A stretch of 38,921 nt of DNA from Candidatus Micrarchaeota archaeon (GCA_043806415.1 JAZDHB010000077.1:1-38921), one strand, 5' to 3'; shown: positions 1-11,229, numbered from the stretch's first letter. Notes: a model not told the origin generated them from the sequence alone. Translations and numbers: made by a program.

Positions 1-126
1 GAGTATGGGGATTGTAGTGAAGACAGGAAGTTCCAGATGGTTCCAAACAACGAAATCCAGAAAAATATCGTCGATAAACTGGACCTGTCAAGATACGTGC
101 CGGTTCTCACTACAAAGCCGAAATGA
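1..126 (+). CDS. 3' end of an upstream CDS (partial, unknown function)
   Basis: Frame 1 is open from base 1 (EYGDCSEDRKFQMVPNNEIQKNIVDKLDLSRYVPVLTTKPK*). Its TGA overlaps the next ATG (ATGA at 123-126), typical of coupled genes. Confidence 0.6.
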   Translation, partial: EYGDCSEDRKFQMVPNNEIQKNIVDKLDLSRYVPVLTTKPK

Positions 127-2639
127 GTTCAGAAACACAGGCTATGGGTCCTGTCCAATATATCGAGAAATCCCGTCCGGCAACCAAAACGCTGGCCGTC
201 AATCCGGTGCTGGATGCCTTACTGGACGTTCTGAGAGACCCCAAAGGCATATACACGGATGCGCAAAAGCTTCAGACGCTAAAGGACATCCAAAACCTCT
301 ATTCCACGTCCACTATCACGAACGAGGACGTCGGCCAGACCCTGCAGGTGTTTGCCGACCTTTTATCGCGCAGCAGCAAGGTGGGCGACGAAGTCAAGAG
401 TACGACCTGCGATGTAATCTGGCGTTTTGGAAGATACTTCGACGAAACCCACGATACGTTCGCTTTGAGCACGCTCGCCGGGGTTATCGGGGATACTGGC
501 CAAAGCGTATCCCTGAGGCTGAGCGCGATTAATTCTCTCTTCAATTTATCAACGGGTCGCACGCTTTCAGAAGCATCGCTCAACGCATTTCTTCCCACCC
601 TCCTATCCATCCTAAATGATGCGCACGAAAACCGCGAGGTCGTCGCATCTGCCCTGACCATTGCCGCGCTTGCCTTCCATTGGGTGTCTGGTGTATTCAA
701 AAACTTGAGCGAAGAACAGGTCCGTCAGCTTCTCGACGCCACCTGTCAGGCAGTCAATAATTTCTCCTATGATGCAGGTGTCTGCGGTTATGCCGCGCAT
801 TCCATCTACGCGTTTTTCAACTCCGCTTATGGTAAAGTCACCTACGGGCCGGACGACACGAAAAAGGCGCTTGCCGCATTGTCGGGAATTATTGACGCAA
901 ATCCAGATGCATCCGGCTCGGTCGGTTCCTTCGGCTCGTTCAACGCCTTCGATGCGCTCGGGATGATTTTTTACGGCCGGACCGAGGTCGACAATTCTTC
1001 AGCCGTGGTCGACAATTCAGATGTCAAACAGACGCTGGGCATCCTCAAATCCTACTGCCAGAAAGCACCACAACCCTTGGACAATCTCTCCCGTGTTATC
1101 GTCCCTCTTACGACTCCAAACAGGATCCTTCTCCTATATGACGATATCACCGACATCACGGACCTTCTGGTGCAATTTATTCCAAACTCAGAATTTGATT
1201 ATTATCTCATACCGGTCATCATCAATCTTACCAAACCCCGCCGCCTCCCATCCCCCCAGATTGACCGGCTGCTGGCCAGATTGGACAAAGCCAAAGAGGA
1301 TGGACAGGCCGACCCCAATGTTCTGGATCTCACCACCCTCCTGCTCCTCGCGCTGGAGCCCGCGCGCATGGTCAACCTCAAATACAGCTCCAGATTTGAT
1401 TTGGATGCCACTACGTTCGGCAGTATGATCGCAAAAGCCCCCGACTGGCCCTGCCACATCCAGCCGCCTGACGAGCCCGGAGGCGCTGCCTCTGAACAAA
1501 AGGTGCATTATATCCCAGACCTCCAAGCCATCATTCAGCTGGCGAAGGACCATCCAGGCGAGCATCGGGCCCAGACCCTGTATGAGGGAGCCGGCTGGGT
1601 GTATGACTCCATCCACACTTCCAAGTATTATGACTATCTCTTCCGCTTCCTCACCGGCCAGATCAATATCTCCAATAAGGAACTTTTCATCAACTTCCTG
1701 GGCACGCGGGGATGTTTCGACTCGTTCGTAAGAAGTATCGATGCAACGGCCGACGCAGCTTTCAATGAACATGGCGGCACCCCGGAGAAGAATTACTCGG
1801 ACGGCGAAATATTCTTCCTTTCCATCCAGCCCGGCAACACCGACGAGCTGGCCCGCATCCGAAAATGGCTGGGCGAGCATATCAAGGACGGGAATAAGCC
1901 GTTCCTCTCTGCCCGGAAGTTTTCGATGTTCATGTTCAGCATGCACGGCTCTCCAGAGAGAATGGTGATGAACATCGGAGAGGGGGGCGGACAAGTCGGT
2001 ATAACAGATTACTCGAAGTATCTTATCCTGCGCGACAACCCCGAATTTCTCAAAATCATCGGACAGGACTGGATTGAGCCTCCTTCCTCAAGTCTGCCAT
2101 ATTATTACCCCGTGGGCGTGAACAATGCCTGCGCGACGGGACTGGGGGATTACACCTCCCTCGCGCAGGCCATGGCCGACAATGTGCCAGCCGTCGTGGT
2201 GGCTGCCACCACCACGGCGTATGCTCTTGATCACCTTCCTTTCAAAAAGACCCAAAAAGGCTGGACCCTGGAGCTTTTGGAAACAGCTGGGAATTATGAA
2301 AATTTGACCAACCCCAAAGTTTTCTACCCCCGCTCGACGACTGGTGTATGGGACGATTTCCATCTGACCGAATCCGGCTTGCTTCCGAATTTCCCCAATC
2401 CATTCAGCGGCTACACCCAAATCCTGTTCCATCTCTCCAAGGCCGGAAACGTTTCCATCGAGATTTACGATTCCTCCGGCCAAAAAGTGGCCACTCCGCT
2501 TGAGAGCAGCCCGCGCCAGGCCGGAGAAGATTCAATCCTCTTCGAGTCGGGCGCAATGGCGAACGGGAATTATTTTGTGCGCCTCAAAGTGGATGGGCAA
2601 TATGTTTCCAAAGCCCTTCCAATCGAGAAGGTCAGATAA
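123..2639 (+). CDS. Large protein: N-terminal HEAT/ARM-like helical repeats, putative clan CD (gingipain/CHAT/caspase-like) His-Cys peptidase region, C-terminal T9SS-CTD/FlgD-like Ig domain
   Basis: 838-aa ORF with a Leu/Ala-rich helical N-terminal half, SMHGS...NNACATG motifs, and C-terminal NFPNPFSGYTQILFHLSKAGNVSIEIYDSSGQKV...GNYFVRLKVDG. Confidence 0.7.
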   Translation: MSSETQAMGPVQYIEKSRPATKTLAVNPVLDALLDVLRDPKGIYTDAQKLQTLKDIQNLYSTSTITNEDVGQTLQVFADLLSRSSKVGDEVKSTTCDVIWRFGRYFDETHDTFALSTLAGVIGDTGQSVSLRLSAINSLFNLSTGRTLSEASLNAFLPTLLSILNDAHENREVVASALTIAALAFHWVSGVFKNLSEEQVRQLLDATCQAVNNFSYDAGVCGYAAHSIYAFFNSAYGKVTYGPDDTKKALAALSGIIDANPDASGSVGSFGSFNAFDALGMIFYGRTEVDNSSAVVDNSDVKQTLGILKSYCQKAPQPLDNLSRVIVPLTTPNRILLLYDDITDITDLLVQFIPNSEFDYYLIPVIINLTKPRRLPSPQIDRLLARLDKAKEDGQADPNVLDLTTLLLLALEPARMVNLKYSSRFDLDATTFGSMIAKAPDWPCHIQPPDEPGGAASEQKVHYIPDLQAIIQLAKDHPGEHRAQTLYEGAGWVYDSIHTSKYYDYLFRFLTGQINISNKELFINFLGTRGCFDSFVRSIDATADAAFNEHGGTPEKNYSDGEIFFLSIQPGNTDELARIRKWLGEHIKDGNKPFLSARKFSMFMFSMHGSPERMVMNIGEGGGQVGITDYSKYLILRDNPEFLKIIGQDWIEPPSSSLPYYYPVGVNNACATGLGDYTSLAQAMADNVPAVVVAATTTAYALDHLPFKKTQKGWTLELLETAGNYENLTNPKVFYPRSTTGVWDDFHLTESGLLPNFPNPFSGYTQILFHLSKAGNVSIEIYDSSGQKVATPLESSPRQAGEDSILFESGAMANGNYFVRLKVDGQYVSKALPIEKVR

Positions 2640-2679
2640 ACGAGGGCGGCCCATCCATTTCTTATTCTTTCATCCTGAA

Positions 2680-3627
2680 ATGAGCTTAGATGGTGATACC
2701 ATAGACACGCCCGCGCTCGAACAGCACCTCAAATCCCTGCCCAAAGACCTCGCGAAGCTCATCCTTGCCTTCTCGCAAATCTCCATGGACATGCAAACCC
2801 AGTTCCCGAAATATCTGAGCGGGGCATTCGGGAACAAGAACAAATATGGGGAGGCCACCGCCAAGCTCGACCAATGGGCCAATGGGCATTTGTGCGACGC
2901 GCTCATCAAGACGGGGCTGGTGCGCACGATCCACAGCGAAGAGCTCGTCCAGCCGCTTTACCACAACGATACTTCTCCTTTTGTCATCACCCTCGACCCT
3001 CTCGACGGCTCCTCCAACATCGTCACCAACAACTCGTTTGGCATCATCCTGGGCATTTACCGCGATGATTTGCCCCAGACTGGGCGCCAGCTCACGGCCG
3101 CCGTGTACAAGCTCTACGGCCCGGTCAACACGCTCGTCTATTCGGCCGGGAACGGCATGGGAGTGCACGAATTCGTCAAGCACTATCACGACGACGGGAC
3201 GGCGCAATTCCTGCTTCTGAACGAAAACATCCAACTGCCCAAGAAGGGCGAGGTCTTCGGCATCGGGGCAAATCCAGATGAATGGGATCCGAAATTCCGC
3301 GCCTTCGCCAAGCAGCTCGTATCGGCTCACCATCTCAAGACGCGCTACTGCGGCTCGTTCGTGGCCGATTTCTCGCAGGTGCTGCACAAGGGCGGATTTT
3401 TCTCTTATCCGGCCACTTCCAAAAGCCCGGAAGGGAAATTCCGCCTCTATTACGAGTGCATTCCGCTCTCCTACTTGTGCGAGGAGGCGGGCGGCCTGTC
3501 CTGGGACGGCTCGTCATCCGGTTCGTCCGTGCTCGACCGGGGGGCCGGCGATGCGGACGCGCGCTCGCCTCTTTACCTGGGCAACAAAGAGCTCGTCGAA
3601 AAACTCAAATCCGCCATGAAAAACTGA
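2680..3627 (+). CDS. fbp: Fructose-1,6-bisphosphatase class I
   Basis: Motifs SEE, DPLDGSSN, RYCGSFVAD, GGFFSYP and GKFRLYYEC. Start placed at ATG 2680. Confidence 0.93.
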   Translation: MSLDGDTIDTPALEQHLKSLPKDLAKLILAFSQISMDMQTQFPKYLSGAFGNKNKYGEATAKLDQWANGHLCDALIKTGLVRTIHSEELVQPLYHNDTSPFVITLDPLDGSSNIVTNNSFGIILGIYRDDLPQTGRQLTAAVYKLYGPVNTLVYSAGNGMGVHEFVKHYHDDGTAQFLLLNENIQLPKKGEVFGIGANPDEWDPKFRAFAKQLVSAHHLKTRYCGSFVADFSQVLHKGGFFSYPATSKSPEGKFRLYYECIPLSYLCEEAGGLSWDGSSSGSSVLDRGAGDADARSPLYLGNKELVEKLKSAMKN

Positions 3628-3725
3628 AATCCATGTCATTGTCTTATATGAAACACCATATTTAAGAGGGAAAATTCATCCTATCCAGCATATCGACCCA
3701 GCCAATGCGATGCGAGGTGTGCATT

Positions 3726-4964
<1,239 letters not shown>

Positions 4965-4991
4965 GCCCGCCCCTGCGAGAATGGGTTGTCC

Positions 4992-5888
4992 ATGGAAATC
5001 CCCAAGAGCCCCGCCCTACTGATACTGCTGGCCTGCGCGGTCTGGGGGCTCACCTTCCCGCTCACGGACTATGCCCTGCATTTTTTTGACCCTTTTTTCA
5101 TCCTCTCCTTACGTTTCCTCATCGCGCTGCTCATCCTGGGTGGTTATCTGTTATTCACGGGCCGCTTCACGTTCAGCGCCGCTGAGCTCAAAATCGGTCT
5201 GCTCGTGGGCGCCGTTCTTTTCCTGACCTTCGCCACGCAGATCGTGGGCCAGAAGACCGTGAGCCCGACCTCCAGCGCCCTCATCACCGGCCTCTACGTC
5301 ATCTTCGTCCCCCTGTTGGCCGGCCTGGTGCAGGCCCGCACTCCCTCTTGGCGCCTCCTGACCTGCGCCCTCCTGGCCTTCTTGGGTCTCTTCCTGCTCT
5401 CCGGGGCGCAGTTAAGCATGGGCATCGGTGAATGGCTCACCGTGATCTGCGCCGTCTTCGCGTCGGTGCACATCCTGATGCTCTCCAAATGCGGGCACAT
5501 GGATTCCACCCGCCTGGCGTTTTTGCAGGTGGGCACGTGCGCCCTAATGAGCGTGCTGGCCATTCCGGCTCTTGGTGCCATTCCGGTCGAGCTGCCCCTC
5601 CAGCCCCTGCTGGCCATCGGATTCATGGGCGTATTCGCGTCCGCCTTCGCCTACTGGGCCCAGACCACGGCGCAAAAAAGCCTGCCGGCCGAGAAAGTGG
5701 CCGTCTTCTTCCTTTTCGAGCCCATGTTCGCCGCGCTCTTCGGCTGGCTGTTCTTCGGGGTCCTGCTCGCTCCGCTGCAATGGGCGGGCGGGGCGCTCAT
5801 CCTGCTGGGCATGTGGGGTGTGCAGACCGACCGCTCGGCACTTCTCTCCAGCGCCCGCCTCGAATCCAAAGAGAGCCTGCATCCCTAA
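4992..5888 (+). CDS. DMT/EamA family transporter
   Basis: About 10 hydrophobic helices, with AVWGLTF at the N-terminus and FLFEPMFAALFGWLF near the C-terminus. Start could be 4986 or 4992. Confidence 0.88.
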   Translation: MEIPKSPALLILLACAVWGLTFPLTDYALHFFDPFFILSLRFLIALLILGGYLLFTGRFTFSAAELKIGLLVGAVLFLTFATQIVGQKTVSPTSSALITGLYVIFVPLLAGLVQARTPSWRLLTCALLAFLGLFLLSGAQLSMGIGEWLTVICAVFASVHILMLSKCGHMDSTRLAFLQVGTCALMSVLAIPALGAIPVELPLQPLLAIGFMGVFASAFAYWAQTTAQKSLPAEKVAVFFLFEPMFAALFGWLFFGVLLAPLQWAGGALILLGMWGVQTDRSALLSSARLESKESLHP

Positions 5889-6143
5889 TTGTTCGATCTT
5901 TTTGTTTGTTTCATCTCATACATTTTCCTATTTTCTGTCTCCTTTGGAATGGTATTTAAATAACCGGCCCGCGCTGCTCCACCATGCCCTTGGTGCAAGA
6001 ATAAAACACAAAAGAACATTTTTGTTTTATTTTAAACAAACGCCTAAATAGGGCCGGGCGCGCCCATCTTCGATAGGCTTAATTAGCGTGGGTCTGGAAT
6101 GATTTCAGTCTCACCCCGATATATCATCTCATCGGTGATCCTC

Positions 6144-7328
6144 ATGAAACTCTGGAACAAAGGCATCGAACTTGACAAGCAGGTGGAGGCCTACACGGTG
6201 GGCCATGACCCCCAAACCGACCTGCATCTGCTGCCCTACGACTGCCAGGCCAGCATCGCGCACGCGCGCATGCTGCACAAGATTGGCGTGCTGAGCGAGA
6301 CGGAGCAGGAGCAGCTTGTTTTAGGCCTGCAGGAAATCCTCTCGCTGGCCAAGGCCGGCAAATTCTCAATCGAGCAATCCGACGAGGACGGCCACACCGC
6401 GATCGAGAAATACCTCACTTCCAAATACGGCGAGGCGGGCAAGAAGATCCACACCGGCCGCTCGCGCAACGACCAGGTGCTCGTGGCGCTCGCGCTCTAC
6501 CAAATCGACCAGCTCAAAGCAGTGAAGGAATCGGTTAAGGCTTTCGTGGCGGCTGCCGTCCAGGCGAAGAAAAAATACGGCTCCATCAAAATGGCGGGCT
6601 ACACCCACATGCAGAAAGCCATGCCTTCCAGCGTGGGCCTCTGGCTGGGTGCGTATGCGGATGCCCTGTCCGACGATCTCATCCTCATCGACGCGCAGCT
6701 CAAATTGCTGGACCAGAATCCCATGGGCACCGGCGCGGGCTACGGCATCCCGGTGTTCAATCTGGACCGCAAGATGACTGCCAAAGAGCTTGGCTTTTCA
6801 AAAGTGCAGGAGAACCCCATCTACGCCCAGCACGCGCGCGGCAAGTTCGCGGCCGGCACCCTCTCCGTTCTCTCGGCCGTGATGCTGGACCTCAACAAAT
6901 TCGCGACCGACCTCACGCTCTTTAGCATGTCCGAGTTCGGCTATGTCCGCTTGCCGGCCGAATTCACCACCGGCTCGTCCATCATGCCCCAGAAGCGCAA
7001 CCCCGACGTGTGCGAGCTCATGCGGGCCCAATACCACGTGGTGCTGGGCGAAGAATTCAAGGTCAAGAGCCTGATTTCCAATCTCATGCACGGCTACAGC
7101 CGGGACCTGCAGCTGTGTAAGGAGCCGCTGGTGAACGCCATGGGCATCGCCCAGGCCAGCCTCTCCATCGCCACGCTCGTCCTGGGCAAGCTTGAGTTCG
7201 ACAAGAAGAAGTGCGAGGCCTCGCTCACGCCTGAATTGTATGCGACCGAAGAGGCCTACAAACTGGTGAAAGAGGGCATGCCTTTCCGGGACGCCTACAA
7301 AAAGGTCGGCGAGAAATACAAGAAGTGA
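6144..7328 (+). CDS. argH: Argininosuccinate lyase
   Basis: Motifs MKLW, HTGRSRNDQV, GYTHMQKAMP and TGSSIMPQKRNPD. GGTGA ribosome-binding site upstream. Confidence 0.96.
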   Translation: MKLWNKGIELDKQVEAYTVGHDPQTDLHLLPYDCQASIAHARMLHKIGVLSETEQEQLVLGLQEILSLAKAGKFSIEQSDEDGHTAIEKYLTSKYGEAGKKIHTGRSRNDQVLVALALYQIDQLKAVKESVKAFVAAAVQAKKKYGSIKMAGYTHMQKAMPSSVGLWLGAYADALSDDLILIDAQLKLLDQNPMGTGAGYGIPVFNLDRKMTAKELGFSKVQENPIYAQHARGKFAAGTLSVLSAVMLDLNKFATDLTLFSMSEFGYVRLPAEFTTGSSIMPQKRNPDVCELMRAQYHVVLGEEFKVKSLISNLMHGYSRDLQLCKEPLVNAMGIAQASLSIATLVLGKLEFDKKKCEASLTPELYATEEAYKLVKEGMPFRDAYKKVGEKYKK

Positions 7329-7332
7329 CTCT

Positions 7333-8682
7333 CTATCCGTTCGTGCGGATCTGCATCCCGAAATAGGGCTTGTAGATCCGGCCGGCGTAATCAAGCTGCC
7401 CGAACGCCACCATGTGCAAAAGGCGGTCCGTCTCCTTTTCAGCAGAGGCTGTTCTGGAATCCGAAAGCGAAATTCCCGCCCGGCGGGCCGCTCCTTTGGC
7501 CCCATCCTCCTCTCCCCCTGTTTTCCCGCTCTCAACTTCCCCCTCGATTTCCAGCGCCGTTTTTTTGGGCGGGGTGTAATAGCCCAGTCCGTCGTCCCCA
7601 TATGCTTTTTTCACGCGGATATACGTCTGCTCCGTCCGGCCCTCCCCGTAAAGCACGAAGCCCAGCTCGCGGCCGTCTCCGTCCGGCGGGAGCGCCATCC
7701 CGTCCACATCCGTGGCCTCACCCGCCGGATCCAGCCGGATGTCCACGTCCCGGCTCAGGTAGGACGAGAACCCGAACGGCCGGGCGCCCGGCGCCCCCGC
7801 GGCCATGCACGAGAGGTCCACCCGCGGCAGCCAGATCCTGCCGTTGCAGGCGCGTCCCGCCATGTCCTCTCCTTTGAAGCGGACGATCGCCCCGAACATG
7901 CTCTCCAGCGAAAAGGCGGGCCCGCCGCTCAACGCGAAGCAGCCCATCCTAAACGAGCGCACGTGCGCGGGGAAGCGCGCGTTCACCTCTCCGAATTTCC
8001 CAGCATCCATTTTTCCCCCCGCCTCGCGGACGCTCTCCTCCATCCAGCCCATCCCCCGCACGAGGGCGGGATCGGAGGCGTCCGAAAACGTCGCCATCCT
8101 CCCGTCCGCGCCAAAGCCCGTCGAGCGGGCCAGGAGCCGCCCGGCCTTCTCGACGGCTTCGTAGGGGTCCGGACCCAGGGCATACGCCCCATCCTCTTCC
8201 ACCAGGTAGAAATTCCCGCTCTGGGGCGCGCGGATGAATCCGGCCATCCGGCTTCCTTGAGCCCCGGCGGCGCTCAAGCCGGCATGGTCCAGCCCGAACG
8301 AGAGCGCGAGCCTTTTGTGGAAAGCGCCCAACCCATCCGCGCCTTCCTGCCCGGGCGGCCCGGCGGCCAGCCGGAGCACCATCTCGTCCGCATCCGCGGC
8401 ATGGGCATTTTCCCCTGGATGTTTGGTGCGCAGCCAGTTGGCCCAGCAGGCGAGGGCCCGGATCCGGCCCTCTTCGCCGAGCCGGTCCTGCACCTGCGCG
8501 TTGAGCTTCCAGAACCTCGTCGGGTCATTGCCGTACGGCGTGCTTAGCAGGCGGGAGAGAAAAGCCCCGTCCGCCGCCCCGCGCCATTCCGAGTCGGGCG
8601 TTCGCGCCTCTTTCGAAAACAGCCGTTGGAGGTATTCTTCCCGCAGGCCCGGGTTGATCGGGTATTTTTCGCTTCGCGGCAT
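7333..8682 (-). CDS. Hypothetical protein
   Basis: Long ORF filling the gap between argH and endA, co-oriented with endA. No recognisable motif. Start uncertain (8682 ATG or 8721). Confidence 0.65.
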   Translation of the reverse strand: MPRSEKYPINPGLREEYLQRLFSKEARTPDSEWRGAADGAFLSRLLSTPYGNDPTRFWKLNAQVQDRLGEEGRIRALACWANWLRTKHPGENAHAADADEMVLRLAAGPPGQEGADGLGAFHKRLALSFGLDHAGLSAAGAQGSRMAGFIRAPQSGNFYLVEEDGAYALGPDPYEAVEKAGRLLARSTGFGADGRMATFSDASDPALVRGMGWMEESVREAGGKMDAGKFGEVNARFPAHVRSFRMGCFALSGGPAFSLESMFGAIVRFKGEDMAGRACNGRIWLPRVDLSCMAAGAPGARPFGFSSYLSRDVDIRLDPAGEATDVDGMALPPDGDGRELGFVLYGEGRTEQTYIRVKKAYGDDGLGYYTPPKKTALEIEGEVESGKTGGEEDGAKGAARRAGISLSDSRTASAEKETDRLLHMVAFGQLDYAGRIYKPYFGMQIRTNG

Positions 8683-8800
8683 GGAATCTCTCTTGTGGAA
8701 CCTTATCTGGTGGCCTCCCAATCGAGGCGCGAAAGACCGCCCGGTCCGCCGGCTGTTCCGGGTCTTCCCCGCCTGCCTGTCCGTCCTGCGCTTGCCCGTT

Positions 8801-10006
8801 TTACGGCTGCACCCATTCGATCTCGTAATACTCGAACAAGGATCCGGGTATCTGGATGCGGTGCACGGCGTAATACGTCACGCTCGTCTCCCGGTCCGCG
8901 ATGGCGATCATCAGCTCCAGCCCGATGCGCTTGCAGTCCTCGATGGCCGCCGCCATCTCCTCGCCGCCCAGGTATTCCTCTTCCGAGAGCGAGAGCATGA
9001 GGTAGCGGGGCTTGCCGCTCTTGGGGTTCTCGATGTTGGTGCCGTTGCGGTGGTACAGCAGGAAATCCAGCATCGTGTGCAGCACGCCCTTCTTTTCCTT
9101 CTCGTGCGCCTTCTCCGTCTTCTCGTCCGCGCCCTTCTTCTGGCCCGGGATGGCGAGCACGAAGGTCTTTCTCACCGAATGCGCCACCCGGATCGCGCGC
9201 GCCCATTCGGAGATGAGCAGCCGCTGCGCCCGGGGGAAGACGTGCAGCACGTGCTGGCTGTGCACCCATCCCTCACCTTTCGCAGGCGAGGCGCCCGGGA
9301 AATAGATCCTAAAATGCGTGCCGAACTTGAACCCGCTTTTTAGCGTGAACCCCTGCAACCTCCAGTCCTCGTACACTTCGTACAGGGAGCCGAAGTCCGG
9401 CCTCCTCTCCAGCGCCACCTTCATCACCTTCCTGAGGCTGGCGTTCTCGAGCACGAGTCCGGAATGCTTCATCAAGAAGAGCGTCTCGTACACGTCCAGC
9501 TTGCCCAGCTTCCCCCGCTGCTCGGCCTTGTAGGTGGCGTATTGCCCGAACCACCAGCCTTGGTAAAGTTCCTTGGCGGCCGCGTCGTCGTCCACCACGG
9601 CGACGAGGTCGTCCTCGTAGAACCGGGCTTTCACCGAGAATTTGGGCGCCGTGAATTCCCCCTTGGGGTAGCTGCGCGAGGGGTTGCGTCCGAAATTCTG
9701 CGAGATCTCGCTCACCTGCCGGACGATGAGGCCCCGGTCGCGCCAATCCTTGTAGGTGAAATACCTCGCCATCTGCTTGGGGCTGTCATAGACGGCCGCC
9801 ACCTGGTTGAAATTGTACCCGTTCTGCGCCGCGTCCCGGCACGAGGCGTTGCGGATGTCGATGAGGTAGAGCGCCTCCTGCTCGAACAGCTCGATCACGC
9901 CCTTCTTCATGTACCCGAAATACCCGCTCGTCAGCGAGCTGACGCTGGCGGGCTGCGTGACGCGCACCAGCTTGTCCTTCTTGTCCAGTTCCAGCTCGAC
10001 GGCCAT
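8801..10006 (-). CDS. endA: tRNA-intron (splicing) endonuclease, about 400 aa, three-unit epsilon2-like architecture
   Basis: Two N-terminal-type units (EALYL...YKDWRDRGL and ETLFL...VYEDWRLQG), catalytic KSGFKFGTHFRIY...H...RVAHSVRK, and a third C-terminal unit. Confidence 0.88.
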   Translation of the reverse strand: MAVELELDKKDKLVRVTQPASVSSLTSGYFGYMKKGVIELFEQEALYLIDIRNASCRDAAQNGYNFNQVAAVYDSPKQMARYFTYKDWRDRGLIVRQVSEISQNFGRNPSRSYPKGEFTAPKFSVKARFYEDDLVAVVDDDAAAKELYQGWWFGQYATYKAEQRGKLGKLDVYETLFLMKHSGLVLENASLRKVMKVALERRPDFGSLYEVYEDWRLQGFTLKSGFKFGTHFRIYFPGASPAKGEGWVHSQHVLHVFPRAQRLLISEWARAIRVAHSVRKTFVLAIPGQKKGADEKTEKAHEKEKKGVLHTMLDFLLYHRNGTNIENPKSGKPRYLMLSLSEEEYLGGEEMAAAIEDCKRIGLELMIAIADRETSVTYYAVHRIQIPGSLFEYYEIEWVQP

Positions 10007-10151
10007 GAAGGGTTAGGCGGGAGCGCAGAATAAAAAGGCGTACGCTCGATGACGGGGAAAACCGCGAAAAAGGAAAAAGACCAAGAAAAAACAGAACGCC
10101 TCTCGCTCGCGCGTCCCTGACGACGATCGAAAATCCGTTTATCTGGTGCTG

Positions 10152-10235
10152 CGTCTGCTTAACCGCTGTTGCGCTTAAGCATCTTCGTGGCTCTGTCAAG
10201 CCACGTCTGCTTAAGCACTGCCGTGCTTAAGCATC
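10152..10235 (-). repeat. 32-bp imperfect direct repeat duplicating the dys 3' end, separated by a small hairpin
   Basis: 10152-10183 and 10204-10235 are 27/32 identical by manual alignment. The spacer forms the hairpin cgtggct-ctgtca-agccacg. Confidence 0.8.
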
Positions 10236-11218
10236 CGATAGGCCAGCATGGGAAAGACCAGCGTGGCATCTGCGTCCACGTGCACGGTCTTGGCCCCCTC
10301 CTTGATCTTGCCCCAGCTCACCGCCTCCGACGTGCGCGCGCCGGAGAGCGAGCCGTCGTAGGGCGTGCCCGTGCTCACGTAGACTGCATAATCGAAGCCT
10401 TCGCGCAAAATGTTCGCGCCGATGGCATGGTGCTTGGCCACCCCTCCGCCCAAGATGATCCCGGCCGTCTTTTCCGCATCCAGCACAATCTGCCCAAGTT
10501 TTGGCAAATCTCCGGACGCGTCCACTCCGAATCCGGGGTACGCCTGCTTGAAGAAGTACATCTGCAGCCCGAACGCGCCGTCGGTCGGCGCGGGGCAGAA
10601 GATGGGGATGTTGTTCTTGGCGGCCCAATAAACGAACGATTCCTCGTCATCGAGCTCCAGCCCCAAGTCCCGGATCATCTCGTGGGGCGCGAGCAGGCGC
10701 TTAAGTTTCTCCTGCTTCTGGAGGCATCTTAAGAAGAACGGCTTGAGCATCTTCTCCAGCTCGACATATGCCTCGTTGGGGATGATGATGTTGCCCACCC
10801 TATTCAGCCCGGCCTTGTGCAGCGCCCGGTCGTCCTCCTCGAAGGTGGCGAGACGGAACGGGACCCTCGTCTTCATCACGTCCTCCTCGATCGAGCCGAT
10901 CGCGGTGATGATAGCATTCACTTTCTTCTCCCTGCACAATCGGGCGAACACCTCGCGCATGCCGCTGGAGACGAGGTTGGTGGTAAAAGTGAGGATGATC
11001 TTGGCCTTCGCTCCTTGCGCCTCGGCGATGATCTCGTCCGCCTTGGCCAGCTGGCTGGCCTGCAGCCCGCACGAGCGCATGGAGCGCAAGAGCTCGTCTA
11101 AGGTCATGTCTTCTTTGAGCGCGATGCCCTCGATGGGCGGGCGCGCCGAAGCGTCCGAATCGCGCCGGGCTCCCGGGCTTGCCCCAGGCGCCTTATCCGT
11201 CGTCTTCTTTGCGGCCAT
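10211..11218 (-). CDS. dys: Deoxyhypusine synthase
   Basis: Motifs TTNLVSSGMRE, EEDVMK, NRVGNI, IFCPAPTDG, GGGVAKHH, DGSLSGARTSEAVSWGK and DATLVFP. Start placed at ATG 11218. Confidence 0.95.
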   Translation of the reverse strand: MAAKKTTDKAPGASPGARRDSDASARPPIEGIALKEDMTLDELLRSMRSCGLQASQLAKADEIIAEAQGAKAKIILTFTTNLVSSGMREVFARLCREKKVNAIITAIGSIEEDVMKTRVPFRLATFEEDDRALHKAGLNRVGNIIIPNEAYVELEKMLKPFFLRCLQKQEKLKRLLAPHEMIRDLGLELDDEESFVYWAAKNNIPIFCPAPTDGAFGLQMYFFKQAYPGFGVDASGDLPKLGQIVLDAEKTAGIILGGGVAKHHAIGANILREGFDYAVYVSTGTPYDGSLSGARTSEAVSWGKIKEGAKTVHVDADATLVFPMLAYRMLKHGSA

Positions 11219-11229
11219 CAAAAACGCCT

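Noticed and set aside
2500-2679. N-terminal extensions in the ORF track (fbp from 2500, dys from 11524, 20130 and 21228 starts)
   Set aside because: They overlap neighbouring genes, and downstream ATGs match the family N-termini or ribosome-binding sites.
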